A stretch of 56,658 bases of DNA from Rickettsiales bacterium (lineage in GTDB: Bacteria > Pseudomonadota > Alphaproteobacteria > Rickettsiales > JABIRX01): assembly GCA_965658435.1 (NCBI GenBank), contig CBFHSE010000004.1:1-56658 (forward strand), written 5' to 3'. How positions within the stretch are numbered: the first letter of the stretch is position 1; the number at the start of each line of letters is the position of its first letter. The position numbers and the translations under genes are program-made. Below are positions 20,255 to 30,744 of the stretch, in pieces. The notes beneath the pieces were generated by a model. That model was not told where the DNA came from and ran no database searches. It saw only the letters and a list, made by a program, of their open reading frames with translations.

Positions 20255-20998
20255 ATGACTATGCAAATTAAACTAAAAAAAATTAGACAAAAAATAGATC
20301 AAATTGACAAAGATTTAATATTCTTATTAGAAAATAGAATGGCTCTTGTAAAAAAGGTGTCAGAGATTAAAAAAGATAACCCCAATATATGCTTTGTAAA
20401 AGCTGTTAGAGAGGCAGAGATGGTAAATAATCTTATGAATTCTACAAATAAAATCTCCAAAATAACAATTTTTCAAATATGGAGGCAGATAATTTCACTT
20501 TCATTACAAACTGAAAGATCATTTAGCGTAAATTTATTTTTAGATAGCAAAACAATTGAAAAAGATAAAAGATTAGTAAGAGAATATTTTTCAGCTCTAA
20601 GTAAAATAAATATATTTGATACCAAATATTTGGAAAAAAACACACATAAAGTAGAAGATATAATTATTTGCGATAGATCAAATTTAGATCAATTTAAATT
20701 CTTATTAAAAAACCCTAATTATAAAATCTTTGCAAGATTGCCAGACATTGATCCTGATAATTCTCAAACAAGCAATTTAAATGCAATTGCAAAGGTTGAA
20801 GATCATCTAGAAGATTTAGAGAGAGTCATCATAAGTAGTAAGGAAAAAATTAATATAAATAACAAAACTAAATTCATAAAAATTAGCTATGATAATAGCG
20901 ATTATTATGTTTATGAATTAGGTCAAAAAGAATATTTAAATATAAAAGATAAGTACCAAATATTAATATTTGGTGGATTTACAGAAGTTTTTACTTGA
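20255..20998 (+). CDS. Chorismate mutase (AroQ type) with divergent C-terminal domain
   Basis: LKKIRQKIDQIDKDLIFLLENRMALVKKVSEIK...REAEM...IWRQII. Confidence 0.8.
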   Translation: MTMQIKLKKIRQKIDQIDKDLIFLLENRMALVKKVSEIKKDNPNICFVKAVREAEMVNNLMNSTNKISKITIFQIWRQIISLSLQTERSFSVNLFLDSKTIEKDKRLVREYFSALSKINIFDTKYLEKNTHKVEDIIICDRSNLDQFKFLLKNPNYKIFARLPDIDPDNSQTSNLNAIAKVEDHLEDLERVIISSKEKININNKTKFIKISYDNSDYYVYELGQKEYLNIKDKYQILIFGGFTEVFT

Positions 20999-21059
20999 TC
21001 ATCTAAAATATTCAATATATAAAAATAAGCTTTGAAAACATTTTAAAAGGGTAAAAATT

Positions 21060-22040
21060 ATGCCAAAATACTTAGTTTTACTTTCATTTCTAGCCACATC
21101 AATTATATTTTTATCGGCAGAAAATACTCAAGCAAACAATAAATTCGTAACCATAGGAACAGGAGGTGTAACAGGAGTTTATTACCCAGCTGGCGGAGCA
21201 ATTTGTAGGCTTGTCAACAGACAGAGAAAAACACATGGCATCAGATGCTCAGTAGAGTCAACTGGAGGGTCAATTTATAATTTAAATGCTCTAGAGCAAG
21301 GTAACCTAGATTTAGGGGTTGTTCAATCTGATTGGCAGTTTCATGCATATAATGGTACAGGTCCTTTTGAAGGCAAGCCTAGAAAAAACCTGCGCACATT
21401 ATTCTCTCTTCATACAGAAATTTTTACAATTGCAACTAGAGAGGGCGCTAATATTAACAATCTTGATGATTTAGTTAATAAAAGAGTAAATATTGGAAAT
21501 CCTGGTTCTGGTCAAAGAGCTACAATGGATGTAATAATGAAAGCAAAAGGTTGGACTAAAGACACCTTTAAGCTTGCCTCAGAACTCAAAGCTTCTGAAC
21601 AACCCCAGGCTGTATGTGATAATAAAATTGACGCAATGATTTTCGCATCTGGGCACCCGAATGGTGTAATTCAAGAAGTAACAACTTCATGCAATGCAAA
21701 ATTAATTAATGTGGGCGGTAAAGAAGTTGAAGAAATCGTCAAAGATAACAGCTTCTACGCTAAAGCAGATATTCCAGGCGGTATGTATGTTGGTAATGCA
21801 GAAAATATTAAGTCATTTGGTGTAAAAGCAACTTTTGTAGCAACTGATGATTTAGATGCAGATGTTGCTTACGAAATTGTAAAGGCTGTATATGATAATT
21901 TTGATAGCTTTAGAACCTTACATCCAGTATTTCAAACGCTAAATCCTAAAGATTTAATATATGGGGGTAATACAGCTCCTCTACATGAAGGTGCTAGAAG
22001 ATATTTTTACGAGAAAGGTTTAATTACTGCTAAAAATTAA
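21060..22040 (+). CDS. TAXI-family TRAP transporter solute-binding protein
   Basis: Signal peptide; IGTGGVTGVYYPAGG, STGGSIYN, PLHEGARRYF. Confidence 0.95.
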   Translation: MPKYLVLLSFLATSIIFLSAENTQANNKFVTIGTGGVTGVYYPAGGAICRLVNRQRKTHGIRCSVESTGGSIYNLNALEQGNLDLGVVQSDWQFHAYNGTGPFEGKPRKNLRTLFSLHTEIFTIATREGANINNLDDLVNKRVNIGNPGSGQRATMDVIMKAKGWTKDTFKLASELKASEQPQAVCDNKIDAMIFASGHPNGVIQEVTTSCNAKLINVGGKEVEEIVKDNSFYAKADIPGGMYVGNAENIKSFGVKATFVATDDLDADVAYEIVKAVYDNFDSFRTLHPVFQTLNPKDLIYGGNTAPLHEGARRYFYEKGLITAKN

Positions 22041-22057
22041 AGTAAATTAAATCTTAA

Positions 22058-24643
22058 ATGACTGAGAAAAACTTAAAAGAACTCCAAGACATAGTTCTTG
22101 ATAGCGATACAGGAGGAAGAAGGCCAACAGGCATAAGCCTAAAAATTATACTAGGTTTAGCATTTTCTTGGTCTATATTTCAAATCTGGATAGCTTCTCC
22201 ACTACCCTTCTTCTTAGCAGAAAATATAAAATTATTTAAATATTTAGTAATTGATTCAACAAAAGCCCGCTATATTCATTTAGCATTCGCTTTATCTCTC
22301 GTATATTTGAGCTATCCTGCAACAAATAAATCTGCCAAGAATAAGATTCCAAAAATAGATTGGATATTATGCTCAATTGCTCTATTCAGCTCCTTATATT
22401 TATTAATATTCTATAATGAACTATCGCAAAGAGCAGGGATGGCTACTAAATCAGATGTTATTATCTCAATAATAGGGCTTATATTACTATTAGAAGCAAC
22501 TAGAAGAGCATTAGGCCCACCACTTACAATAATTGCTTCACTTTTCCTACTATACACATATTTTGGGCCATATATGCCTGAAGTGTTAATTCATAAAGGT
22601 CATAATTTAACTAAAATAGCGTCACATCATTGGCTCGCTACAGAAGGAGTTTTTGGCATTGCATTAGGTGTGTCAACAAATTTTGTTTTCCTTTTTGTAT
22701 TATTTGGTGCATTGCTAGAAAAAGCTGGAGCAGGAAATTATTTTATAAAAGTAGCATTTGCCTTACTAGGTCACTTAAAAGGTGGGCCAGCAAAAGCAGC
22801 AGTTTTATCATCAGGAATGACAGGTTTAATTTCTGGTTCATCAATAGCAAATGTAGTAACTACAGGAACATTCACATTACCATTAATGAAAAAAGTAGGT
22901 TTCTCTAGAGAAAAAGCTGGATCTGTTGAAGTTGCTTCATCTGTAAATGGCCAAATAATGCCTCCTGTTATGGGAGCGGCAGCATTTTTAATGGTTGAGT
23001 ATATAGGAATACCATATACTCAAGTTATAAAGCATGCTTTTATTCCTGCTATCATATCATATATTGCTCTATTATATATAGTGCATTTAGAGGCTCTTAA
23101 AAATAATATGAAGACATTGCCAAAAAAAGGTAATTCAACTATTAAAGAATCACTAATAAGAACAGGAATAATAATTAGTTCATTATTAATAATATCAGCA
23201 ACTTGTTATCACTTATTTAACTTTCTTAAAGGTAATTTTGCTTTTCTAGGACTCACAATAATTATCACTATTCTTGCAGCAATATACATATATCTTATAA
23301 AAATAAAAGCAGGATATAAAGATTTAGAAAATGATACCGAAAAAGAAATAACTGAATTACCTGAAGTTGGTTCAACTGTAAAATCAGGATTACATTTTCT
23401 ATTACCAATTGCTGTTTTAATTTGGTGCTTAATGATAGAAAGATTATCACCAGGATTATCAGCATATTGGGCAACATTTATAATGATCCTAATAATGGTT
23501 ACCCAAAGACCATTAACAAATTATTTTAGAAATGAGTCAGAATATAAAATAAGCTTTAAAGAAGGCTTATCAGAACTATGCGACGGCTTGATAGCAGGAG
23601 CAAAAAATATGGCAGGAATAGGTGTTGCAACAGCAGCAGCTGGAATAATAGTAGGAGCAGTTACTCAAACAGGAGTTGGAAATAAAATGACAGAATTTGT
23701 GGCAATAATATCCGGTAATTCAGTAATGCTCATGCTGTTATTTACAGCATTAATATGTATTATTCTCGGAATGGGCCTGCCTACAACTGCAAATTACATA
23801 GTAGTATCAAGCTTGATGGCAAGTGTAATAGTTGAACTTGGAAAGCAAAATGGCTTGATAATTCCATTAGTAGCAGTGCATTTTTTTGTTTTTTATTTTG
23901 GTATAATGGCAGATGTAACGCCGCCAGTAGGTCTTGCATCATTCGCAGCAGCAGCAGTGTCTGGGGGAAATCCAATTAAAACTAGCTTTCAGGCATTTAT
24001 ATATAGTATGAGAACGATGATTCTGCCATTTATCTTTATATTTGATAATAAGCTCTTACTTATAGGAGTAGAATCAATACAGGAAATGATAACCATCTTC
24101 GTCAAATCAACAATTGCAATATTAGTATTTACAGCTGGAACTCAAGGTTATTTTATTATTAAAAATAAATTATATGAATCAATAGCATTAATAATAATTT
24201 CATTTAGCTTATTTTTACCAACCATTTGGATGGATAGAATAATTCCTCCATATTCAAGTTATGAAGCAACAAAAATTTATGATATATTAGATAAAGATAA
24301 TAAAAATATAAGATTAGAAATATTAGGTATAGATTTCCTTGGTGATGAAAAGAAATTTTTTCTTGATGTTAATTTTGATTCTGAAGGTAAAGCCTCAGAA
24401 AAACTACAAAATTATGGTCTAAATCTATATGAAGAAGATGAAAAGCTATATGTTTCTACCGTAAAATTTGGTAGTAAAGCATATAATGATGGTTTAGAAA
24501 TGGATTTTGAAATATTAAATATAAGAATAGAAAATAAACAACCAAGTAATATGTGGGTTTATATTCCAACACTTATTTTATTAGTTTTAATTTATAATCG
24601 TCAAAAAAAACAAAAAAATATTCTTGAGGCTAAAAATGTATAA
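22058..24643 (+). CDS. TRAP transporter fused 4TM/12TM permease
   Basis: GGPAKAAV, SGSSIANV, GQIMPPVMGAAAF, GMGLPTTANY, ADVTPPVGLA. Confidence 0.95.
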   Translation: MTEKNLKELQDIVLDSDTGGRRPTGISLKIILGLAFSWSIFQIWIASPLPFFLAENIKLFKYLVIDSTKARYIHLAFALSLVYLSYPATNKSAKNKIPKIDWILCSIALFSSLYLLIFYNELSQRAGMATKSDVIISIIGLILLLEATRRALGPPLTIIASLFLLYTYFGPYMPEVLIHKGHNLTKIASHHWLATEGVFGIALGVSTNFVFLFVLFGALLEKAGAGNYFIKVAFALLGHLKGGPAKAAVLSSGMTGLISGSSIANVVTTGTFTLPLMKKVGFSREKAGSVEVASSVNGQIMPPVMGAAAFLMVEYIGIPYTQVIKHAFIPAIISYIALLYIVHLEALKNNMKTLPKKGNSTIKESLIRTGIIISSLLIISATCYHLFNFLKGNFAFLGLTIIITILAAIYIYLIKIKAGYKDLENDTEKEITELPEVGSTVKSGLHFLLPIAVLIWCLMIERLSPGLSAYWATFIMILIMVTQRPLTNYFRNESEYKISFKEGLSELCDGLIAGAKNMAGIGVATAAAGIIVGAVTQTGVGNKMTEFVAIISGNSVMLMLLFTALICIILGMGLPTTANYIVVSSLMASVIVELGKQNGLIIPLVAVHFFVFYFGIMADVTPPVGLASFAAAAVSGGNPIKTSFQAFIYSMRTMILPFIFIFDNKLLLIGVESIQEMITIFVKSTIAILVFTAGTQGYFIIKNKLYESIALIIISFSLFLPTIWMDRIIPPYSSYEATKIYDILDKDNKNIRLEILGIDFLGDEKKFFLDVNFDSEGKASEKLQNYGLNLYEEDEKLYVSTVKFGSKAYNDGLEMDFEILNIRIENKQPSNMWVYIPTLILLVLIYNRQKKQKNILEAKNV

Positions 24644-25070
24644 TAATATTCTCTATCCAATTGATATATATGAAGAATCATCATACCATCAATCACTTCC
24701 AATTGTGCTTGAATATGCAGAAGCATTTAATGCAACAATTCATGTAATGACAGTTATACCAGATTATGGAATGGCTATTGTATCCCAATATTTCCCTAAA
24801 TCATCAGTAGAAAAAGTAGTAGAAAGTACAAAAGATGCGCTTCATGAATTTGTAGATAGCAAGCTTAAAATAACCAAGGCAGAAATAGGAAATATAATTG
24901 TTAAAAAAGGGGGGTCAGTTTATCAAGCAATTATTAACACTTCTGAAACTATCAATGCAGATTTAATAATTGTTTCTGCACACAGACCTGAACTTAAAGA
25001 TTACTTATTAGGACCAAATGCTGCAAAAGTAGTTAGGCATTCAACTAAACCAGTATTAGTTGTAAGATAA
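24636..25070 (+). CDS. Universal stress protein
   Basis: MYNNILYPID...ADLIIVSAH...LLGPNAAKVVRHSTKPVLVVR; GAGG upstream of ATG 24636; usual TAXI-TRAP partner. Confidence 0.92.
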   Translation: MYNNILYPIDIYEESSYHQSLPIVLEYAEAFNATIHVMTVIPDYGMAIVSQYFPKSSVEKVVESTKDALHEFVDSKLKITKAEIGNIIVKKGGSVYQAIINTSETINADLIIVSAHRPELKDYLLGPNAAKVVRHSTKPVLVVR

Positions 25071-25074
25071 TTAC

Positions 25075-25977
25075 ATGAGTGATGATTACTCAAAAATTAT
25101 CAAAAAAGATATAACCATCATAGCAGAAAAAGTTAGAGAAGAAATAAAATTACAGCTTGAAAATGCTAATAATAAAAAATCTAGGGATTTAATTTCAATA
25201 TTAAAATATTCTGCATTAGCTCCTGGCAAAATGATTAGATCCTACCTTGTTTATAATTTTGCCAAAATAGCTAAATCTACAGAAAAGCAATTCTTAATAA
25301 TTTCCTCTGCAATCGAAATAATCCATACATATTCACTAATTCATGATGATTTACCAGCAATGGATAATAGTAAAAAAAGAAGAGGTAAAGATAGCTGTCA
25401 TATTAAATATGGTGAAGATATGGCAATATTAGCAGGAGATGCATTACAGACATTAGCATTTAAAATTCTTGCAAATAATTTATTAGCAAAAGACGCTAAT
25501 AAAATTATAGAGTTAATAAATATTATGGCTGATTTTATAGGGTGTAATGGCATGGTATTGGGGCAATATTTTGATATAATGAAAAATGATAAAACAGAAG
25601 AAGAAATAAAAAGAACAGAGCAATTAAAAACAGGCAAACTAATAGAATTATCCTGCATTTCTCCATTTATAATTGCAGATAATTACAATGAAAATGAATA
25701 TTTAGCCGCTAAAAATTATGGCACGATTATTGGAATGGCTTATCAAATAAAAGATGATCTTCTTGATATTGATGGTAAAAAAAGCAATATAGGTAAAGAT
25801 ATAAGACAAGATATAAACAATAATAAATTTAATCTAGTAAATTTAATAGGAAAAGATAAGGCGCAGAAAAAGTTGCTAGAATTAACAGATGAAGCAAAAA
25901 CACATTTAAATATTTTTTCAGATAAAGCTATAAAATTAAAAAAATTCACAGATTATTTAGCTTATAGAAATAACTAA
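25075..25977 (+). CDS. ispA: Polyprenyl (farnesyl) diphosphate synthase
   Basis: HTYSLIHDDLPAMD..RRG, AILAGDAL, YQIKDDLLD. Confidence 0.88.
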   Translation: MSDDYSKIIKKDITIIAEKVREEIKLQLENANNKKSRDLISILKYSALAPGKMIRSYLVYNFAKIAKSTEKQFLIISSAIEIIHTYSLIHDDLPAMDNSKKRRGKDSCHIKYGEDMAILAGDALQTLAFKILANNLLAKDANKIIELINIMADFIGCNGMVLGQYFDIMKNDKTEEEIKRTEQLKTGKLIELSCISPFIIADNYNENEYLAAKNYGTIIGMAYQIKDDLLDIDGKKSNIGKDIRQDINNNKFNLVNLIGKDKAQKKLLELTDEAKTHLNIFSDKAIKLKKFTDYLAYRNN

Positions 25978-25982
25978 CTATT

Positions 25983-26378
25983 ATGAGTTTAGAAGAATTA
26001 ATTTGGTTTATTTTTAGCGATGAATTAGTAGGGGCATTAATAGTTCCCGTAAATCATAAATATGCACTAAAATCTGCTATTTTATTCAATAATAATATAA
26101 TAATATATATTGCAGCTTTTGTCGGTTCACTTGCAGGATTAACGTTAAATTTCATCTTAGCAAAAATAATAAAAAACGGCTTAAATGCTAAGATATTAAT
26201 TTTTGATAAAAAGAAAAAATTTATTAAATTTTTATTAATAATGATTCCTATAGATATTTTTGGCGCAGCAGCAAGTTTTTTAGTGGCTTTTGTAGGAATA
26301 AAATTAAAATTATATCTAGGCTTATCGTCTCTAATTTATCTTATTTATTACAGTTTTAAAATGATAACAAATCTATGA
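25983..26378 (+). CDS. Small membrane protein, possibly YqaA/DedA-like
   Basis: Hydrophobic segments, GSLAGLTLNF; operon spacing after ispA. Confidence 0.5.
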   Translation: MSLEELIWFIFSDELVGALIVPVNHKYALKSAILFNNNIIIYIAAFVGSLAGLTLNFILAKIIKNGLNAKILIFDKKKKFIKFLLIMIPIDIFGAAASFLVAFVGIKLKLYLGLSSLIYLIYYSFKMITNL

Positions 26379-28886
26379 CTCTATTGATTTTAATCTTTCA
26401 TCTCTTAAATTACTAATTTTGCTGGCAACTCTTTTTTGCTCTTCTTTTCTTGCAGCATTTTCATAATTAAATTCTTCTTCTTCCTCAGAAGAGTCATAAA
26501 CCATCTCTTCATTTTCTTCTAATAATTCTTCTACAACTTCTCTAAATATACGCACCCATTCTTTTGGATCATTTCCAGTTTTATTTTTAATTTTATTCAT
26601 TATTTCTAGTCCTATATCGGTTGTAGAAAGAACCATCATAATATCTTCCAAAAGGCTCATATCTGTCTCTGCAATAATAGCATCATTACCATGTTTTATT
26701 AATACATGACGATCATTCTTAGAAATATTACTTAAAAGCTTAACTTCATTTCTATTAAGCTTAAAAATATTTTGGAACTCAATACCTATCCTATCTTGCG
26801 GCAGATAAATTTGAGTAGGAACTTCATTGATTAAAAATCCAGTTATGCTACTTTTTATGGCGTCTTCAATGGATTCAGATGCCATAATTACAATGGCATT
26901 ATTTTCCTTTAGAGATATTAAGTAATTATTTAAATAATTTGCTAGTAAAGGATTATCTAGCAATTTAAAAGCCTCATCAATAACTAATATGGTAGGAGAG
27001 CCATCAAGAGTTTTCTCTAGATAACTCATAATATAATAAGTTATAGGAATTTGGAGATTGTTATAGCTAGCTATTTCTGAAAAATCTATGGCTGTGATTT
27101 TTGAAGATGCTAAAATATCATCATCATTATCAAAAATATTTGCTAATATATTATTACCTACCCAGATATCAAATATTTTTTTAAATTTATGATTTACAAA
27201 AAAATGAGATAATTCAGATAATTTATTATATTTACCAGATTCTATTTCTTTAATAATTATGTTAATTAATTTAGTTTTTTCTGGGTTTTGTTGGTATTTA
27301 TTTTCTGATAACTCAGATTTTTGAATTAATAGGTAAGATAAAAATTTAGCTAATATATCAGGATATTTTCGTAAAGTTTTCAAAGGAGAGAATAATTGGT
27401 ACTGACTATTTTTTTGAACCTTATAATATTTTCCACCTAAGGCATTAATGAAAATCTCTGCGCTATTACTAAAATCTATATATAAAATTCGTGGGTTAAA
27501 TTTTTGCGCTTGAGCTAATAAAAAATTTAACAACACTGTTTTACCATGTCCATATGGACCAATAATCAATGTGTGACCGTTATCTCCTAGGTGAAAATTA
27601 AAGAAATATGGAGTGTTGTTATGAGTATTAAAGCAAGTAAGAGCATCTCCCCATTTATTATTATAAGCTTTACCTGTAGGAAAATTAGATAAAGATGCTA
27701 AACCAGCATATGATGAGCTATTAATAGGCTTTCTTCTACAAATATAATAGAAATTACCAGGAAGTTGAGACCAGAAGCAATTTTCCATTGCAATATCTTC
27801 TCTGTAAATAACTAAACCATAGCTGAGCAACACATCACATGCTTTTTGAATATTTTTTTCCAAAACATTAATACTATCAGCAATAAACATAATAGTAGTT
27901 TGTTGTTCACCAAATGCTGTGATACCATCAGTATCTTCTTCAAACAGCTTAGTTAATTCTGAGTTTTTCATAAATTCATTATCACCACCAATCTGAGCAA
28001 TCTCATTTTGGAAATTATAATTTTCTAAAGTCTCCTCTGAATTTAAAAAATCAATAGTCTGCGTTACTATAAACTCCATTGGTAAAAATAAAAATTTATC
28101 AATAGAATTAAGAGATAATTCACTATATTCTTTTACAGATAATATTGCAGCAAAATGCTTTCTGTCATCATCTAAAACCTCTAAACTATTCTTCGCAAAT
28201 ACAATCTTGCAATATGGTAAGGATTCAGAAATATCTGCATTAATAAGAGGTACTTCTTTTTCTTCGAGATTGATAATTTTGCCAAGAAAACGCAATATCT
28301 CTGAGTAATATTTACCATTATTCTTAAATATAGAAAGTTTTCTTGCTCCAAAATCATTAAGTTCAGTAATAAAATTATCAGTAATATTATTTAATTCTTC
28401 ATATTTTTTATCTAAAAACTTATTTTCATAGACTTTAAAGACAGTAAAATTTAAAGTTTTTAAAATATCCTTAAAATTTGTTAATTTATAATATCTTGAT
28501 TCAGTTATAATTGTTACAAATAATTCATTAACATATTTGTCAGACCAATCATGTAGGCTATTCCAGCCTTTATCAAGATCATTACAAAAATCACTAGAAT
28601 ATTCACCATTAAGAGATAAATCTTTTTTTCTTCTAATAGTATGTGTCCATAAAGCAAAAGAATCGCTATTTAAATGATTTTTGATAGCAGCTCTTATGGA
28701 GTCTCTAATTGATGCATGTTTTTTGTCAAATATCTCAAAAGCAAAACCAGTAATCTTTATAACTTGAATAAGATTTCCAGATTTTGTAATTAAGCTATCC
28801 TCTGTAAAATGAGCCGCATAAGGAATAAAATCAGGTTCAACTTCAGAAAATTTCAAGCTATTACTAGAAAGCTTTTTATTGAGCAT
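26373..28886 (-). CDS. virB4: VirB4-family T4SS ATPase (likely the rickettsial second paralog) with acidic C-terminal extension
   Basis: FIPYAAH, FWSQLPGN, TPYFFNFH, Walker A GPYGHGKT, Walker B VIDEA; downstream of virB2. Confidence 0.92.
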   Translation of the reverse strand: MLNKKLSSNSLKFSEVEPDFIPYAAHFTEDSLITKSGNLIQVIKITGFAFEIFDKKHASIRDSIRAAIKNHLNSDSFALWTHTIRRKKDLSLNGEYSSDFCNDLDKGWNSLHDWSDKYVNELFVTIITESRYYKLTNFKDILKTLNFTVFKVYENKFLDKKYEELNNITDNFITELNDFGARKLSIFKNNGKYYSEILRFLGKIINLEEKEVPLINADISESLPYCKIVFAKNSLEVLDDDRKHFAAILSVKEYSELSLNSIDKFLFLPMEFIVTQTIDFLNSEETLENYNFQNEIAQIGGDNEFMKNSELTKLFEEDTDGITAFGEQQTTIMFIADSINVLEKNIQKACDVLLSYGLVIYREDIAMENCFWSQLPGNFYYICRRKPINSSSYAGLASLSNFPTGKAYNNKWGDALTCFNTHNNTPYFFNFHLGDNGHTLIIGPYGHGKTVLLNFLLAQAQKFNPRILYIDFSNSAEIFINALGGKYYKVQKNSQYQLFSPLKTLRKYPDILAKFLSYLLIQKSELSENKYQQNPEKTKLINIIIKEIESGKYNKLSELSHFFVNHKFKKIFDIWVGNNILANIFDNDDDILASSKITAIDFSEIASYNNLQIPITYYIMSYLEKTLDGSPTILVIDEAFKLLDNPLLANYLNNYLISLKENNAIVIMASESIEDAIKSSITGFLINEVPTQIYLPQDRIGIEFQNIFKLNRNEVKLLSNISKNDRHVLIKHGNDAIIAETDMSLLEDIMMVLSTTDIGLEIMNKIKNKTGNDPKEWVRIFREVVEELLEENEEMVYDSSEEEEEFNYENAARKEEQKRVASKISNLRDERLKSIES

Positions 28887-28976
28887 CTTTAAACAAAATT
28901 ACAAAGTTTTTATCATAATAAACAACAATAAAATTTTAGCTAGGCAAAATTAAAGAAATATTTTGGTATGGTAAAA

Positions 28977-29012
28977 ATAAAAAAGCCAGCGATAATTTGC
29001 TGGCTTTTTTAT
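28977..29012. terminator. Intrinsic terminator between virB2 and virB4
   Basis: 14-bp inverted repeat ATAAAAAAGCCAGC-gataattt-GCTGGCTTTTTTAT. Confidence 0.85.
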
Positions 29013-29036
29013 CTGCTTGTAATAAAAAAGATTTTA

Positions 29037-29393
29037 TTAACCAGCAGGAGCAGTAGCACTAGTATCTTTGCAAGTACTAGTATTTATTGCTCCTCCTTCG
29101 CTCGCGCTTCCACCTAGTGTTTCCACTAGCTGAGGAGCTCCAAATATAGTAGCTACACCAAGGGCTGTAGATATTGCAAGACCCCAAGAAACTTTTCCTA
29201 AAAATAATGATATTCCTAAAAATACTAATGCAAATGCTGCAATAGCTTTACCTATGTTACCAGTTAGGAATCCCAATATGGTACATAATGTTGCCTCAAG
29301 CTGAGTCTCAGCAGCAGCAAAAGCTTGCGACGGGTTAAGAGCTATAACCAAAGCAAAAAAACTAAAAAGAAAAAAATATGATTTATTATTCAT
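29037..29393 (-). CDS. virB2: TrbC/VirB2-family T4SS pilin
   Basis: Signal peptide (AFA), LC..LTGNIGKAIA..LGISLFLGKVSW..IFGA; SD GGAGGT. Confidence 0.9.
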   Translation of the reverse strand: MNNKSYFFLFSFFALVIALNPSQAFAAAETQLEATLCTILGFLTGNIGKAIAAFALVFLGISLFLGKVSWGLAISTALGVATIFGAPQLVETLGGSASEGGAINTSTCKDTSATAPAG

Positions 29394-29430
29394 TTAATAA
29401 CCTCCAAAAATTTATTAAGATATATCCTTA

Positions 29431-29440
29431 ATTGTAACAT
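29431..29440 (-). promoter_or_regulatory. Putative extended -10 element of virB2 promoter (ATGTTACAAT)
   Basis: Identical 10-mer to 18190-18199, same 38-nt offset from ATG; no good -35 at 17 nt. Confidence 0.45.
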
Positions 29441-29532
29441 TTTATATGTCAAATGAAAAGTTTTTTTTATCAAACTTTACCATAGCAAAATTTATGCTAT
29501 TTTAACAGATTAAATTATTAAAAGTAATATTA

Positions 29533-30726
29533 GTGAAATATAATAATAAAAATTTACCTAAAAATTTACATATACAAACAAATCTAGTAAGAGCTGGTAG
29601 TAAAAGAAGCAATTATGGCGAAACTAGTGAAGCCTTGTTTCTTAATTCTGGTTTTTGCTATAATAACGCAGAGATTGCTGAATCAAGATTTAATGGTGAA
29701 GATCCTGGTTTTGTTTATTCTCGCTATGTAAATCCTAATTTAAAATCTTTAGAGCATAAGTTAGTAACTTTAGAAAAGGGAGCTGAGGCTGCTTGTGTGG
29801 TTTCCAGCGGTATGGCTGCAGTATTTGCAGCTATAATGTGTCAGATTAAAGCTGGAGATCATATTATAGCAAATAAAGTTTTATTTGGTTCATGCTATCA
29901 CATTATGGCAAATATATTACCCAATTATAATATATCGGTTGATTTTGTAGATGGTAAAGATAATGAAGCTTGGCAAAAAGCAATTAAAAAAAATACTAAA
30001 TTAATATTTATAGAGAGTCCTGCTAATCCTAATTTAGAATTGGTTGATATAAAATATTTAGCAAATATATGTAAAAAAAATAATATATTTTTATTAGTAG
30101 ATAATATTTTTGCAACTCCATTATCCCAGTCACCTCTTGAATTAGGAGCAAGTGCAGTTATATATTCTACTACAAAACATATGGATGGTCAGGGGAGGAC
30201 ATTGGGAGGAGCGGTAATTGGTTCTAAAAATTTTATTAATGAAAAATTACAGCCTTTCTATCGTCATACTGGTCCGGCTCTTAGCCCTTTTAATGCTTGG
30301 GTTGTACAAAAATCTTTAGAAACATTTGCTATAAGATATGATTATCACGTAAAAAATGCAGAAAAAATAGCTGTTTTTCTTGAGTCTCGTTCTAAAATTG
30401 AGCAAGTAATTTATCCTGGTTTAAAATCTCATCCTCAATATAATTTAGCAAAAAAACAAATGATTTCAGGGGGGTCGTTAATTGCCTTCAAAATTAAAGG
30501 GGATAAAAAAACAGCTTTTAAATTTATGAATAATTTAAAAATTATTGATATTTCTAATAATCTTGGAGACGGTAGAACGTTAATTACTCATCCAGCATCA
30601 ACCACTCATTCAAATATAGATAAGAGTGAGCAGGTTAAAATTGGTATTACCGAAAATCTTCTCAGAATTTCGGTAGGTATTGAGCATATTGATGATTTAT
30701 TAAATGATATCAAGCAAGCGCTATAA
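29533..30726 (+). CDS. metZ: O-acylhomoserine sulfhydrylase (PLP)
   Basis: YSRYVNPN, SSGMAAV, YSTTKHMDGQGRTLGG, ITHPASTTH; GTG start. Confidence 0.9.
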   Translation: MKYNNKNLPKNLHIQTNLVRAGSKRSNYGETSEALFLNSGFCYNNAEIAESRFNGEDPGFVYSRYVNPNLKSLEHKLVTLEKGAEAACVVSSGMAAVFAAIMCQIKAGDHIIANKVLFGSCYHIMANILPNYNISVDFVDGKDNEAWQKAIKKNTKLIFIESPANPNLELVDIKYLANICKKNNIFLLVDNIFATPLSQSPLELGASAVIYSTTKHMDGQGRTLGGAVIGSKNFINEKLQPFYRHTGPALSPFNAWVVQKSLETFAIRYDYHVKNAEKIAVFLESRSKIEQVIYPGLKSHPQYNLAKKQMISGGSLIAFKIKGDKKTAFKFMNNLKIIDISNNLGDGRTLITHPASTTHSNIDKSEQVKIGITENLLRISVGIEHIDDLLNDIKQAL

Positions 30727-30744
30727 AATTAAATAAGAAATAAA

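Noticed and set aside
26373-29393. Conjugative element or ICE
   Set aside because: No relaxase, coupling protein, integrase or other tra genes; embedded among housekeeping genes
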